DNA of 64,000 nucleotides from a virus (taxonomy: Duplodnaviria > Caudoviricetes): the IMG/VR virus record IMGVR_UViG_2929541355_000001, positions 28,287 through 92,286 of that record; one strand, given 5' to 3'. Every line of letters starts with the position of its first letter. Position 1 is the stretch's first letter. Below are positions 54,145-63,796 of the stretch, piece after piece. Below the pieces are notes generated by a model that saw only the letters and a program-made list of their open reading frames with translations, was not told where the DNA came from and searched no databases. The translations under genes and the position numbers were made by a program.

Positions 54145-55578
54145 GTGCAGCACCGCATGCCGTCTTGTCAGCTTGAGCGCGCCCAGAAGGGCGATTCGCG
54201 GCAAAAGTCCGCCCCCGAACCCGGCACCCAGTGCCCCCCGATCGCCCCCGCGTGCCAATGGCTCACCACCACGGCCGGGCGCATCGCCCTCGACGGACAC
54301 TCCTGGATGACCGCCGTCCACTGGGCAGCAGACCCCAAGACCAAGCGCTACCTGCCGACCCGCACCCACGGCCCGCGCGCCATGAACGCCACCACCATCG
54401 TCATCGCGCAGGAGTGCGCCAACCTCCTGGAGTGCCGGCCCGGCATCGCCTACCTCGCGCGCAAAGCCCGCTGCTCCGAGCGGACCGTCGAATACCACCT
54501 CGACATGCTCCGCGAAGCCGGGCTCCTCGCGTACGCCAGCAAGGGCACACGCACCAGCGGCGGCCCGAACCAGGCGTCCGTGTACGAGCGGGTCATCCCC
54601 ACCGCGTTCGACGAGGCCCTCGGCATCCGCACCACGCAGCGCAACGACACCGCCCCCGCATACTCCCGCGTCCCCGTCGGCATCGCCGAGACGGGCAGGA
54701 AGCTCATCGGAAAGCTCGCGAAGAAGGCCTCCCGGAAGGTCCGTCGCCGCCGCCCGCGCACCCCGGTTATGGGCCGTAACCGTTGCACCCCAATGCAGGG
54801 TGGTACCTCAGCGCCTTCATCTACCGGTACTTCCACATCTCCCTCTGAGACAAGACTCGCCAGCGGGAGCAGCACTCACCCCACCCAGAAGAAGACGAAC
54901 CGCGGGCCGCAGAAGCTGAACAAGATCGGGCGCCGCTACCAGCTCGCCCGGGAGCTCATCACCAACGTGCCGTGGCTTGAGCGCGCTTCCGTACCCCGCA
55001 TCTCGTGGATTGCCCGGCACTGCGCCGACGACGGCTGGACATGGCGTGAGGTTCAGGCTGCTGCCGAGGAGCACAGCCCCATCGACCCGATGGACAGTCG
55101 CCGACCGTCCGGGCTCCTCGCCTACCGCCTCAAGGGCGTCCACCAGCTGTACGCCAAGCCCGCGGCCAGGGAGCAGATGGTGTTGGCGTGGCACGAGTCG
55201 ACCGCGCAGGAGCATTTCCGTCACTCCGGCTACGGCAAGGTCACCGAGCACGCCGCCCCCGACACTGTCGAAATCAGTGACGCTCAGGCAGCGTTCGGGG
55301 CCTCCATGCGCACGGGCAGCACTACCCGCCCCGCCAGCACCCGCGACGACGGCGATGAAGGGCTCATCCCGGTCGGAGACCTCGACCTGCACGCCCTCAG
55401 CGCGCACGAGATTGGCATCCACCAGGCCTGGGCCGCCGCCGACCCCACCTACGTTCGCTCGCTCCTGAACGAGATGGGCGACACCGCGACCCGGCAGCTC
55501 CTCACCAACCGCCTCGTCAACCAGGCCCTCGCCGCCCTGCGCATCACCACCACCCCGACCCTCGCCAACGCCTTCTGA
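54145..55578 (+). CDS. Putative replication initiator (winged-HTH)
   Basis: PGIAYLARKARCSERTVEYHLDMLREAGLL; upstream of DciA-like and parAB genes. Confidence 0.65.
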   Translation: MQHRMPSCQLERAQKGDSRQKSAPEPGTQCPPIAPACQWLTTTAGRIALDGHSWMTAVHWAADPKTKRYLPTRTHGPRAMNATTIVIAQECANLLECRPGIAYLARKARCSERTVEYHLDMLREAGLLAYASKGTRTSGGPNQASVYERVIPTAFDEALGIRTTQRNDTAPAYSRVPVGIAETGRKLIGKLAKKASRKVRRRRPRTPVMGRNRCTPMQGGTSAPSSTGTSTSPSETRLASGSSTHPTQKKTNRGPQKLNKIGRRYQLARELITNVPWLERASVPRISWIARHCADDGWTWREVQAAAEEHSPIDPMDSRRPSGLLAYRLKGVHQLYAKPAAREQMVLAWHESTAQEHFRHSGYGKVTEHAAPDTVEISDAQAAFGASMRTGSTTRPASTRDDGDEGLIPVGDLDLHALSAHEIGIHQAWAAADPTYVRSLLNEMGDTATRQLLTNRLVNQALAALRITTTPTLANAF

Positions 55579-55590
55579 TCGGAGACCACC

Positions 55591-55923
55591 ATGGTTGCCA
55601 GCATCGCCACCTACCAGTTCACCGAGACCGGTGTCCGCCTGCGCATCGACGATGAGACCGCCACCCTCGACGTGAGCGGCGACCCTGAGCACCCGAATCC
55701 GATCAGGGTCGCCGAGCTGAACATCAGCTACAGGACCACCACGACCCGCACCGGGGAATCGGTTGAGATGGCCACCGAGATTACGAACATTACCTACCTG
55801 CTGGACCACGCCGACTACCAGGTGGCCTACGTGCACCCCGACCACCTTCAGCAGTCGCAAGAATGGCCGGACTGGGTTGCCGAGCTTGTCGACCAGCACC
55901 GTCCCACCGAGGGAGTCCGGTGA
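55591..55923 (+). CDS. Hypothetical protein
   Basis: GGAG RBS; ends PDWVAELVDQHRP. Confidence 0.7.
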   Translation: MVASIATYQFTETGVRLRIDDETATLDVSGDPEHPNPIRVAELNISYRTTTTRTGESVEMATEITNITYLLDHADYQVAYVHPDHLQQSQEWPDWVAELVDQHRPTEGVR

Positions 55924-56696
55924 CCGCCGAAGCGTCCGGGCAGGACCTCGCCCGCCTCGCCCTCGCCCAGTACAAGGCCAGCACCAAGAACCAGCCCCGT
56001 CAGCCCCGTCAGTCCGCCCGGCGGCAGGTCCGGAGCGCCCGCACCGGTGACCGCCGCGAACCTTCAGGGCTCGGCAGCGTCCTCACCAAGCTCGCCGGCG
56101 ACCTCGGATGGCAGCCCGGCGTCCAAGGCGGCGACATCCTCGACCGGTGGGACGAACTGTGCCCCCAGTACGTCGACCGCATCCAGCCCGTCCACTACGA
56201 CCCCGAGCGCCGGGTCCTTGAACTCCGGCCCTGCTCCCCCGCCTACGCCGCCCAGCTCCGACTCCTCGGCGGGCAGCTCGCGAAGCAGATCAACGACAAG
56301 GTCGGGTCTGAGGTCGTGCGCGCCATCAAGCCCCTGCCGGTTGGTGCTGTGGCGTCCACGTCCCCGAGCCGGCCCGCGCCCACCGTGGCCCCGGACACAC
56401 CGGTCGACGCCCCGCTGAAGACCCGCGACACCGCATCCCCCGGCTACCAGGCCGCGCTCGCCGCGGTCCGGCCGAAGGTGGTCACCGAAGTCGACGCCCT
56501 GGTCGCGGCCGCCATCAACCGGCAGGCCCGCACCGCAGCCCGCGAACCCGAGACCGTGTTCGCCGACGCCGCGGCCGCCCTCGACGCACTCCACGCCGGT
56601 CAGGAACTCACCCGATCCGAAGAGGTCCGGCAGGCCGCGATCCGCCGCAAGCACGCCGGAGACCAGCCCGTACGGACCGCGTTCGACGTCGCTTGA
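55920..56696 (+). CDS. DciA/DUF721-family protein (helicase loader-like)
   Basis: DLARLAL...GW...RW.EL...L.L...SPAYAAQLRLL..QL...IN..VG...V..I. Confidence 0.8.
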   Translation: MTAEASGQDLARLALAQYKASTKNQPRQPRQSARRQVRSARTGDRREPSGLGSVLTKLAGDLGWQPGVQGGDILDRWDELCPQYVDRIQPVHYDPERRVLELRPCSPAYAAQLRLLGGQLAKQINDKVGSEVVRAIKPLPVGAVASTSPSRPAPTVAPDTPVDAPLKTRDTASPGYQAALAAVRPKVVTEVDALVAAAINRQARTAAREPETVFADAAAALDALHAGQELTRSEEVRQAAIRRKHAGDQPVRTAFDVA

Positions 56697-56732
56697 ACAA
56701 GGCGCCCGCAGTCGAGCGATGACGGTCAGACG

Positions 56733-56825
56733 TATACCGCGGTATATGCGCTCTGGAGTGACCGCCCAGCCATCCTTACAAGCCAGCCTTGCTGACGGCC
56801 TATCGGCGTATACCGCGGTATACGC
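56733..56825. promoter_or_regulatory. parS-like palindromes TATACCGCGGTATA x2 upstream of parA
   Basis: 56733-56746 and perfect 20-mer GCGTATACCGCGGTATACGC at 56806-56825. Confidence 0.8.
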
Positions 56826-56935
56826 GCGACGCGCTGAACAACCAGGGTGGTGCAAATGTCCGGCTCCGGTATCTGCAATGCTGTCCCGGTCCGAGTACCG
56901 AGAACCCCTCGGGAAGCATACGGAAACGGAGCATC

Positions 56936-57598
56936 ATGGCCTCCTCCATCCTCGTCGTATCGACCGACCCACAGGGATCAACGATCTGGTGGGCCGATCG
57001 GATCGGCGACAACCTCCCCTTCGACTTCGCGACCGCCCACGAGGACCCCGACAGCCTGGCGGAACTCAAGAACCTGGGCGCCGAGATCCACGTCATCGCG
57101 AACCAGAAGGGTGGCGTCGGTAAGACGACCACCACGGTCAACCTGGCAGCAGTGACCCACGATGTCCTCGGGCACAGCGAGCAGCGCCAGCACATCTTCA
57201 TCGACACGCCAGGCAGCCTAGAGAACGAGCACATCCTGGCCGCAGCCCTCGACATCGCCGATGACGTGTTGGTCCCGCTCCCCCCGGAGCCGTTGGCCTT
57301 CGATCCGACCGCGCGAACGATCGAGAAGGTCATCGCCCCCCGCGGACTGCCGTACAAGGTCGTCGTCAACGCCTGGGACCCGCGCGACGGCAAGGCCGAT
57401 CGTGACGAGACCATCGAGTACATCGACGCCATGGGCTGGCCGCGCGCCAACACCGTCATCCGCCGCTACAAGATTCACACCCGCGCAGCGGCTGAGGGCA
57501 AGGTCGTCACCCAGTACGCCGACAACGGCACCACCCTCCGGGCGCGCGAGGACTACTTCCGGCTGGCGCTGGAACTCGGGTACGGAGGCCGCCGCTGA
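56936..57598 (+). CDS. parA: ParA-family ATPase with rearranged motif order
   Basis: NQKGGVGKTT, STDPQGS, IFIDTPG; coupled to parB. Confidence 0.9.
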   Translation: MASSILVVSTDPQGSTIWWADRIGDNLPFDFATAHEDPDSLAELKNLGAEIHVIANQKGGVGKTTTTVNLAAVTHDVLGHSEQRQHIFIDTPGSLENEHILAAALDIADDVLVPLPPEPLAFDPTARTIEKVIAPRGLPYKVVVNAWDPRDGKADRDETIEYIDAMGWPRANTVIRRYKIHTRAAAEGKVVTQYADNGTTLRAREDYFRLALELGYGGRR

Positions 57599-58773
57599 TG
57601 GCTGGCAAGCGACTCAACCTCGCCTCCCTCGCCGGCCAGACGGTGGAGAACACGCCCGGCAGTAGCAAGCCCACCCTGGTCCACGTTGCACCCGACCAGG
57701 TGGCGCCCACTCCCCTGAACCCTCGCCAGGACTTCAACCCGGCCCAACTCGTCGAACTCGGCAACAGCATGGCCACCGGGCAACTCCAGCCGTGCGTCGG
57801 TATCTCCCGGGCCCGCTACATCAAGCTGTTCCCCGAGCACGAGGAGCAGCTGCCTGACTGTCGGATCGTCATGGCCGCCGGCGAGCGCCGCTGGAAGGCC
57901 GCCCTTGAGGTCGGACTGCCCCTGCTCGACGTGCATGTCCGCGAGGACATCGCCGAGTCCAGAGTCCGCTTCCTTGCAGCCGTTCTCACAGAGAACGTGG
58001 AGCGGTCGAACTTTAACTTCATTGAGGAAGCCCGCGGTCTCAAGCTGATGCTGGACATGACCGACGGAAATCAGACCCAGGCCGCAGAGGGTCTGCAGAA
58101 GTCCAAGCAGTGGTTCAGTCAGCGCATCGGACTGCTGCGGCTCTCCGAGGAGATGCAGGCTCTTGTCGTCTCCGGGAAGCTCAAGGCATTTCGGGAAATG
58201 CGCGCCTACTCGGCTATGCCACCCGCTGAACAGTTCGCCGCATGGCAAGCCGACCGCGCGGAAGCGGAGCGCATGAAAGCCATCAGGGCTGCCCGCACCA
58301 AGGCGGCCGTCGCGGGGACAGTGCCGACCGAAAAGCCGTCCGAGGGAGGCGATGCGTATACCGCGGTATACACAGAGCCTGGTGGTGTGCAGACGTCAGC
58401 ACCTCAGGAAGCGATGTCGGGGCCTACGGCCGTCGAACCGCAGCCGGCGGCAGCCCAGCCCGCGGGGGTGTCAGCGAACACTCAGAGACCAGCGGTACAA
58501 GCACCTACCCCCGACTCGGGTAGCGGGCTCACGCAGGATGCGGCCAGCCCGCAGTCACCTCTTCCCGAGCCCCGCCACGAGAAGGAGTCTGGCGAGACCT
58601 CAGACGGGCCCGCCGCCAGCGAGCCGACACCCGTCAAGATGCCATGGCATGACGGTGCCGCCGTGGCGCGGCTGGCATTCCTGAAGATGCCAAAGGAGCA
58701 ACTGCCGCTGATGCTGGCAAAGCTCCAACAGATGCTGGACCAGGCCGAGCGCACAGACTCAACGAAGGTCTGA
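57598..58773 (+). CDS. parB: ParB-family partition protein
   Basis: NPRQDF, GQLQP, AGERRWKAA, ENVER, HTH. Confidence 0.92.
   Translation: MAGKRLNLASLAGQTVENTPGSSKPTLVHVAPDQVAPTPLNPRQDFNPAQLVELGNSMATGQLQPCVGISRARYIKLFPEHEEQLPDCRIVMAAGERRWKAALEVGLPLLDVHVREDIAESRVRFLAAVLTENVERSNFNFIEEARGLKLMLDMTDGNQTQAAEGLQKSKQWFSQRIGLLRLSEEMQALVVSGKLKAFREMRAYSAMPPAEQFAAWQADRAEAERMKAIRAARTKAAVAGTVPTEKPSEGGDAYTAVYTEPGGVQTSAPQEAMSGPTAVEPQPAAAQPAGVSANTQRPAVQAPTPDSGSGLTQDAASPQSPLPEPRHEKESGETSDGPAASEPTPVKMPWHDGAAVARLAFLKMPKEQLPLMLAKLQQMLDQAERTDSTKV
58356..58371. promoter_or_regulatory. parS-like palindrome inside parB
   Basis: GTATACCGCGGTATAC. Confidence 0.75.
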
Positions 58774-59400
58774 CGGGAAGACTGCGGCCCCGCCTCTCGC
58801 CTGACGGTGGGGGAGCGGGGCCGCTTTCGTGTGCGCGGTCGGGATTCGGTCGGGTTTCTGCACCTTGCCGGGGTTTTTCGGTCACACGAACGAATGACAT
58901 CCCGCCCCGCCCCTTCCCCGTACGGTCCGCGCGGACTTGGTTGGGAGTGCCGTCACCCTGCCGGGGGTGAACGGCCGCAGGGGTAGAGGTCTCCCGCACG
59001 GGATCGCAGCACCTCTGCCCCTGCCCACCACACCCACCACGCACTTCGCCCGAACCTCTCCCACCACCCCACCCTCCACGGCTACAATCACCGTTATCTG
59101 GCGGGCATGCCCCGTGAGGTCTCGGGCCCCCAACGGGTCGTGGGTGTTGTCGGCAAAACTCCGCCCCCAAACCGTCGGGGGCTTCCTCATGCCCCGGCCC
59201 AGGCCCGCCCGCGGGTGGCCGGGACCCTACCCCCTGCCGGGTCACAAGGGCATCAAAACTGAGCCACCGCTTACCGACGTGACCGAAACGGTGGGACAGT
59301 GACAGTCCCCCGGTGGGCAACCGGCAGCCGAACCGGGGGAGGCGTGAGGACTCGCAGCGTCACGTCGCCCTTCCCGATGCCGGAGGAGCGGAGACGCCCC

Positions 59401-59760
59401 ATGCCCTCATCAGCAGAGCCCACACACCCCGGGGAGCCCGCCGGGCCACCAGGCCAGGTCCTCAGCTTCGACCGCCGCGCCCGCCGGCACCGACCGGCGG
59501 CACAGCCGCGACGCCTTCATACCGAGCCGGCCCCGGACCAGACCCCGGAACAGCTGCTGGCCGAAACGATGGAGGCCCTGTTCCTCAAGCACGGGCACAC
59601 CCTGTCCGACGACTCCACCGCGGACATCTACCGCACCACGCTGCAGGCGCTGCAGATGATGCTCGACGGGTCGCTGGCGACAGGGAAGGTGGGGGAGGAG
59701 GAACACCGGCACCTGTCCGGGATGGTCGCGGGGATGCGCGGCTCACCTGACGTCCTGTGA
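59401..59760 (+). CDS. Hypothetical protein
   Basis: GGAG RBS; high GC3. Confidence 0.65.
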   Translation: MPSSAEPTHPGEPAGPPGQVLSFDRRARRHRPAAQPRRLHTEPAPDQTPEQLLAETMEALFLKHGHTLSDDSTADIYRTTLQALQMMLDGSLATGKVGEEEHRHLSGMVAGMRGSPDVL

Positions 59761-59979
59761 ATATGCCGGACGGCAATGCGGGTTGATCTGTGACGAATCG
59801 ACAACAGTCCCATACGTACCGTTGATCACTTACAACTTTCTGTTCAATACGGGACCATCCCGTGCCACACTGGGGCGTCCGGAACTACCCGGAGTCACAA
59901 GCTCCGGCCACCGGCGCGCGCCCCGGCCCCACACCGCTCCGTACCGCGCCCCCTGGCCGGCCACCGGAACGGGGACAAC

Positions 59980-60519
59980 ATGCTGGGAGACGACACCACC
60001 GCACAACGACTCCGCCTCCTCCAGGCCGAGTTCACCCAGCACGTACGGACCGGACCCGGTGACGGACGGTCGGCGACCAAGACCGAGGCCCCCGCACCCA
60101 TCGACCTCGGAGTCGTCGACCGCATCCGCGCCGCCGTGTACGAGGTCGAAGCCCACACCCGTGCCAGCGACTGGACGGCCGGCGCAGGTCCCGTTCCCAC
60201 CGACCCGGCCGACGTCTACGACTGGGCCCGCCAGCACACCGCTCACCTCGACCCCGAACGGCAGCAGGCCCGCGAGGCGATCATCTACCGGCAAGGGCTT
60301 GAGCACGCCCTCGCCATGGGCGACACCACCGTCATCCGCAAGCACCCCTGCCCCGAGTGCCGGTGCTGGGGCCTGTACTGGCGGGCTGCGGCCCGGCGCG
60401 CGGTGTGCGTGAATCACTACTGCACCGACGGCGACGGTCTCGCGAACACGTGGTCGCTGGCCCGGCTCGCCCGCGAACACGTCGCCGGAAAAGAATCATC
60501 AGCCCGGCGTGCAACCTGA
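59980..60519 (+). CDS. Zn-ribbon phage protein (possible transcription regulator)
   Basis: CPECRCWGL...CVN.YC. Confidence 0.7.
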   Translation: MLGDDTTAQRLRLLQAEFTQHVRTGPGDGRSATKTEAPAPIDLGVVDRIRAAVYEVEAHTRASDWTAGAGPVPTDPADVYDWARQHTAHLDPERQQAREAIIYRQGLEHALAMGDTTVIRKHPCPECRCWGLYWRAAARRAVCVNHYCTDGDGLANTWSLARLAREHVAGKESSARRAT

Positions 60520-60658
60520 CCGACTCATCACCGGTCTACTCACCAACAGCACGACCTCATCACAACACCCTCAACCGGATTCACTGAATCCGGCCCCTGT
60601 ATCGGCCGCCGAAGCTGCGAACGACGGCCAAGCCGACGCCGGGAGTGCACCCGTGGCC

Positions 60659-60877
60659 ATGCAAACGATCAGCCCGTACCCCGTCGCGAGTGACATGACG
60701 GAGCTGAAGGAGATCAGGGACCAGCTGAAGGACACCGGGTATCCGGCATCGCTCGACGACATCAAGGTGTGGATCAGGGATCAGGACCTGTACACCGAGC
60801 GGTACCGGGGCAGAACCTACGTCTCCTTCAGCGACATTCTGATGGCCCACCAGGAGGCTGTGACCGGTCGGTACTGA
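60659..60877 (+). CDS. Small HTH-like DNA-binding protein
   Basis: LKEI..QL..TG...SLDDIKVW...GRTYV. Confidence 0.6.
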   Translation: MQTISPYPVASDMTELKEIRDQLKDTGYPASLDDIKVWIRDQDLYTERYRGRTYVSFSDILMAHQEAVTGRY

Positions 60878-60900
60878 CCGGCCGGCGCGCATCAACGAGC

Positions 60901-60926
60901 AGGCCCTCACCTTCGGGTGGGGGCCT
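60901..60926 (+). terminator. Terminator-like hairpin
   Basis: AGGCCCTCACC-TTCG-GGTGGGGGCCT followed by TTCT. Confidence 0.75.
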
Positions 60927-60947
60927 TTCTCATGCCCACCCATCATT

Positions 60948-60981
60948 CCTATTGCACGTGCACTACGAATATGGGTACTCT
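60948..60981 (+). promoter_or_regulatory. Promoter with TGCACGTGCA operator
   Basis: TTGCAC-18-TACTCT; shares 15 bp with 48200-48214. Confidence 0.7.
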
Positions 60982-61040
60982 GGCATAGCCGACAACGGGA
61001 CGCACACCGCAACCCGGAGTACCCACACCAGGAGTCCGCC

Positions 61041-61385
61041 ATGGGCCACGCCGTGATGACGCACACCCAAAACCAGCCCACCGTCATCCACCTCAACCGG
61101 CTCCCCCGCACCACCCAGGACGCCTACGAGTACCTCATGGACAAGGCCGACCAGGCAGCCGACCGCCTCGACCTCCACGCCTACGCCGAACGCCACAACG
61201 AGGCCATACAGCTCCTCGGCATCTGCCCCCCGGACGGCGGTGAACTCGCCCGCTGCACCTGCACCAACTGCTACTGCGAAGCCGTCTTCGACGCAGCCAA
61301 GGCCCGCACCCACATGAACGGCACGGTCGAGTTCGTCCAGTGCGAGACCTGCGCCGACGAACACCGCCTCACCGGCGACGAGTAA
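61041..61385 (+). CDS. Cys-rich hypothetical protein
   Basis: AGGAG RBS; CTCTNCYC...CETC. Confidence 0.7.
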   Translation: MGHAVMTHTQNQPTVIHLNRLPRTTQDAYEYLMDKADQAADRLDLHAYAERHNEAIQLLGICPPDGGELARCTCTNCYCEAVFDAAKARTHMNGTVEFVQCETCADEHRLTGDE

Positions 61386-61498
61386 CCACAGCTCCCCGGC
61401 CCCGAGTCGAGCACCACACCTGATGGGTGCGCAGTAGCTCCCGGGGCCGGGTGCACAGCCCCTCCCTCACCACCACACCGACCATCCGGGAGACCGCC

Positions 61499-61939
61499 AT
61501 GCCCAGCACCGCCGGAGCCCTCCGCCGCACCGCACACCTCATCAACCACCACGACCTCCACGCCGACCACCAGTTCATCGACCAGGCCACCAACGCCATC
61601 GACCTGGCGGCCGCCATCTTCATCGCCGCCGAGGGCCACATCCCGGCCGAGTTCTACACCGACGAGAACACCTCGCTCGCCATCATCGGCGCCAGCGCCC
61701 CGGCCATGGCCGCGATCCGCACCCTCTCCGACTCCCTCATCACACCGGCCCCGTACACGGAGATCGCCCCCGGCCACGAGATCCCCGACTACATCGAGCA
61801 CGTCAGCAGTTGGGCCACCACGAAGCACATGTTCGCTGACCGGCCCCCGACCCTGTCCGAGGTCATCGGCGCGCTCCACCGCGCTGCCGAGGCCGCCGAT
61901 CAGCTGGCAGCACTCCCCGCCCAGCGCACCGCCGCCTGA
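61499..61939 (+). CDS. DUF6197-like hypothetical protein
   Basis: LRRTAHLI...AAI...V..W...EVIGAL.RAA. Confidence 0.65.
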   Translation: MPSTAGALRRTAHLINHHDLHADHQFIDQATNAIDLAAAIFIAAEGHIPAEFYTDENTSLAIIGASAPAMAAIRTLSDSLITPAPYTEIAPGHEIPDYIEHVSSWATTKHMFADRPPTLSEVIGALHRAAEAADQLAALPAQRTAA

Positions 61940-61974
61940 CCAGCCGGCCCCCAACGCCCAGAACGGAGCACGCC

Positions 61975-62250
61975 ATGAGCATCCTCACCATCGCCCTCGA
62001 CACCCTCGACAACCCCCACAACCCCGACCACGCCCACGGCCGCGCCACCGCCTACGACGCCATCCACGACGGCACCCCCCTCAACCACCTCGACGACCGC
62101 CTCGCCTGGATGGAAGACCCCACCGTCTCCGGCACCACGTACACCGCCGCGTACCTGTCCGGGTACCGCGCCCAGATCGCCGACTGGCGGGCCTACGACT
62201 ACGCCCAGCGCATCGCCGTCACCCACAACGCCTGGGAGGGCACCCGGTGA
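61975..62250 (+). CDS. Hypothetical protein
   Basis: GGAG RBS; high GC3. Confidence 0.7.
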   Translation: MSILTIALDTLDNPHNPDHAHGRATAYDAIHDGTPLNHLDDRLAWMEDPTVSGTTYTAAYLSGYRAQIADWRAYDYAQRIAVTHNAWEGTR

Positions 62251-62468
62251 ACGCACGCGAGACGCTCGCAGCCATGGTCTGCACCGACCAGGGCGGCACG
62301 ACGGTCTGGTCCCCGAGTGAGGTGCGCGCCGCGTTCCACGCCCACCAGGCCGAGGTGCTGCATGAAGCAGCCCGCCTGATGGAGACCGCCGGTTACGACG
62401 ACGACGCCATCAACTGGCTCGACACGTACGCGGACTACGACCCGGCTGGCGAGGCCGCCGCCCCGTGA
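62247..62468 (+). CDS. Hypothetical protein
   Basis: GTGA coupling; AEVLHEAA. Confidence 0.65.
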   Translation: MNARETLAAMVCTDQGGTTVWSPSEVRAAFHAHQAEVLHEAARLMETAGYDDDAINWLDTYADYDPAGEAAAP

Positions 62469-62587
62469 CATGGCCCGCCTTCATCGCGCTCGTGCTGGGA
62501 GTCGTAGCCATCGCCATGATCTGCGCCTCCCAGCACGGCATCGGCACCACAGACCCGCACGACCCTCCGGACGGAGACCAACCGTGA
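62465..62587 (+). CDS. Small membrane peptide (40 aa)
   Basis: GTGA-coupled on both sides; hydrophobic. Confidence 0.5.
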   Translation: MTWPAFIALVLGVVAIAMICASQHGIGTTDPHDPPDGDQP

Positions 62588-63087
62588 GCAGGAAGACCAC
62601 CACAAGACGCCCCACCCGCACCACAACCACCCCCACGCTCACCGCACGCGAAGCCCTCCCCGTCCGACCCCACCCCGGCCCCGAGTTCATCACCAAACAC
62701 CAGATGGCCGCCGCCTACGCCGCACGCCTCGCTGGCCTCCCCCTCATACCCATAACCGCCTGGACCCCCCAGCCCGACGGCACAGTCCGCGCCACGTTCC
62801 CCAGCGGCGCCACCCTCACCCACACCACCACCGGGTTCGACGCCTACACCCCCTGCACCCAAGGCGCCACCCACCACAACCACATCACCACCGGCCAAGA
62901 CCTCCGCGACGCAGCTGCAGCCGCCGCCCACTGCACCAACCTCCACGGCCGGCCCCGCACCCTCACCCTCCACCAAGCCGCCACCACCACCGCCGACACC
63001 CAAGCCCTCGACGGCAACACCATCACCGCTGGCCTCGCCCAGCGCGCCGCCGACACCGAGCAGCCGAAGGAGCACCCCCAGACATGA
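62584..63087 (+). CDS. Hypothetical protein
   Basis: GGAG RBS, GTG start. Confidence 0.65.
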   Translation: MSRKTTTRRPTRTTTTPTLTAREALPVRPHPGPEFITKHQMAAAYAARLAGLPLIPITAWTPQPDGTVRATFPSGATLTHTTTGFDAYTPCTQGATHHNHITTGQDLRDAAAAAAHCTNLHGRPRTLTLHQAATTTADTQALDGNTITAGLAQRAADTEQPKEHPQT

Positions 63088-63443
63088 CCACCCCCGACCA
63101 GGGCAAGCAGCTTGCCGACACCGTCCTTGCCCGCGCCATCCCCGACTGGGAGGCCGTGTACGAACCGGGCAACGTCTCCGACTACCTCATCGGCTACGCC
63201 AACACGGAAGCCGCCGCGAAGGGTGCAGCCGTCGCCTGGGTGCTGTCCCAGTCCGACAAGGACCCGGCCCGCCTGGAGTGGGTTGAGCAGGGCGGCAACA
63301 CCCGCGACCACGACCACTGGGACGACCTGATCGAGCGGCACGACGACGGCATCGACACCGGGGTCGGAGTCACCGTTCGACGACGCCTCCGCCCCTTCAC
63401 GGCCGCCGACTTCTTCTCCGCCATTGAGGAGCCGACGCTGTGA
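63084..63443 (+). CDS. Hypothetical protein
   Basis: AAGGAG RBS; coupling. Confidence 0.7.
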   Translation: MTTPDQGKQLADTVLARAIPDWEAVYEPGNVSDYLIGYANTEAAAKGAAVAWVLSQSDKDPARLEWVEQGGNTRDHDHWDDLIERHDDGIDTGVGVTVRRRLRPFTAADFFSAIEEPTL

Positions 63444-63796
63444 CGACCCCCGACCAGACGTACATCGTCATCCTCGGCGCCGCCCTCGCCCAAGCCAACG
63501 CCAACGCCCTCATCCTCGCCGAGAACGGGCCCAACCAGCTCGGCCGCCCCTACCCCGGGCACCCCGGATACCGCATCTGGGACGGCAACGTCATCAGCGT
63601 CGGGCGTCACGCCGAGGACGCCTTCGCCCTGGAGGTCAACGCGATCCTCCCCACCCCCTTCACCGTCGCCCTCGTCGACCACCGGCACGCCCGCATCAAC
63701 GACGGCACCTGGACCATCTGCCCCGCCAACGCCGACAACGCCGTCCCCATCACCGTCGCCCGCGCCAAGGCCAACGACACAGACCCGAGCGCCTGA
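63440..63796 (+). CDS. Hypothetical protein
   Basis: GAGGAG RBS; coupling. Confidence 0.7.
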   Translation: MTTPDQTYIVILGAALAQANANALILAENGPNQLGRPYPGHPGYRIWDGNVISVGRHAEDAFALEVNAILPTPFTVALVDHRHARINDGTWTICPANADNAVPITVARAKANDTDPSA

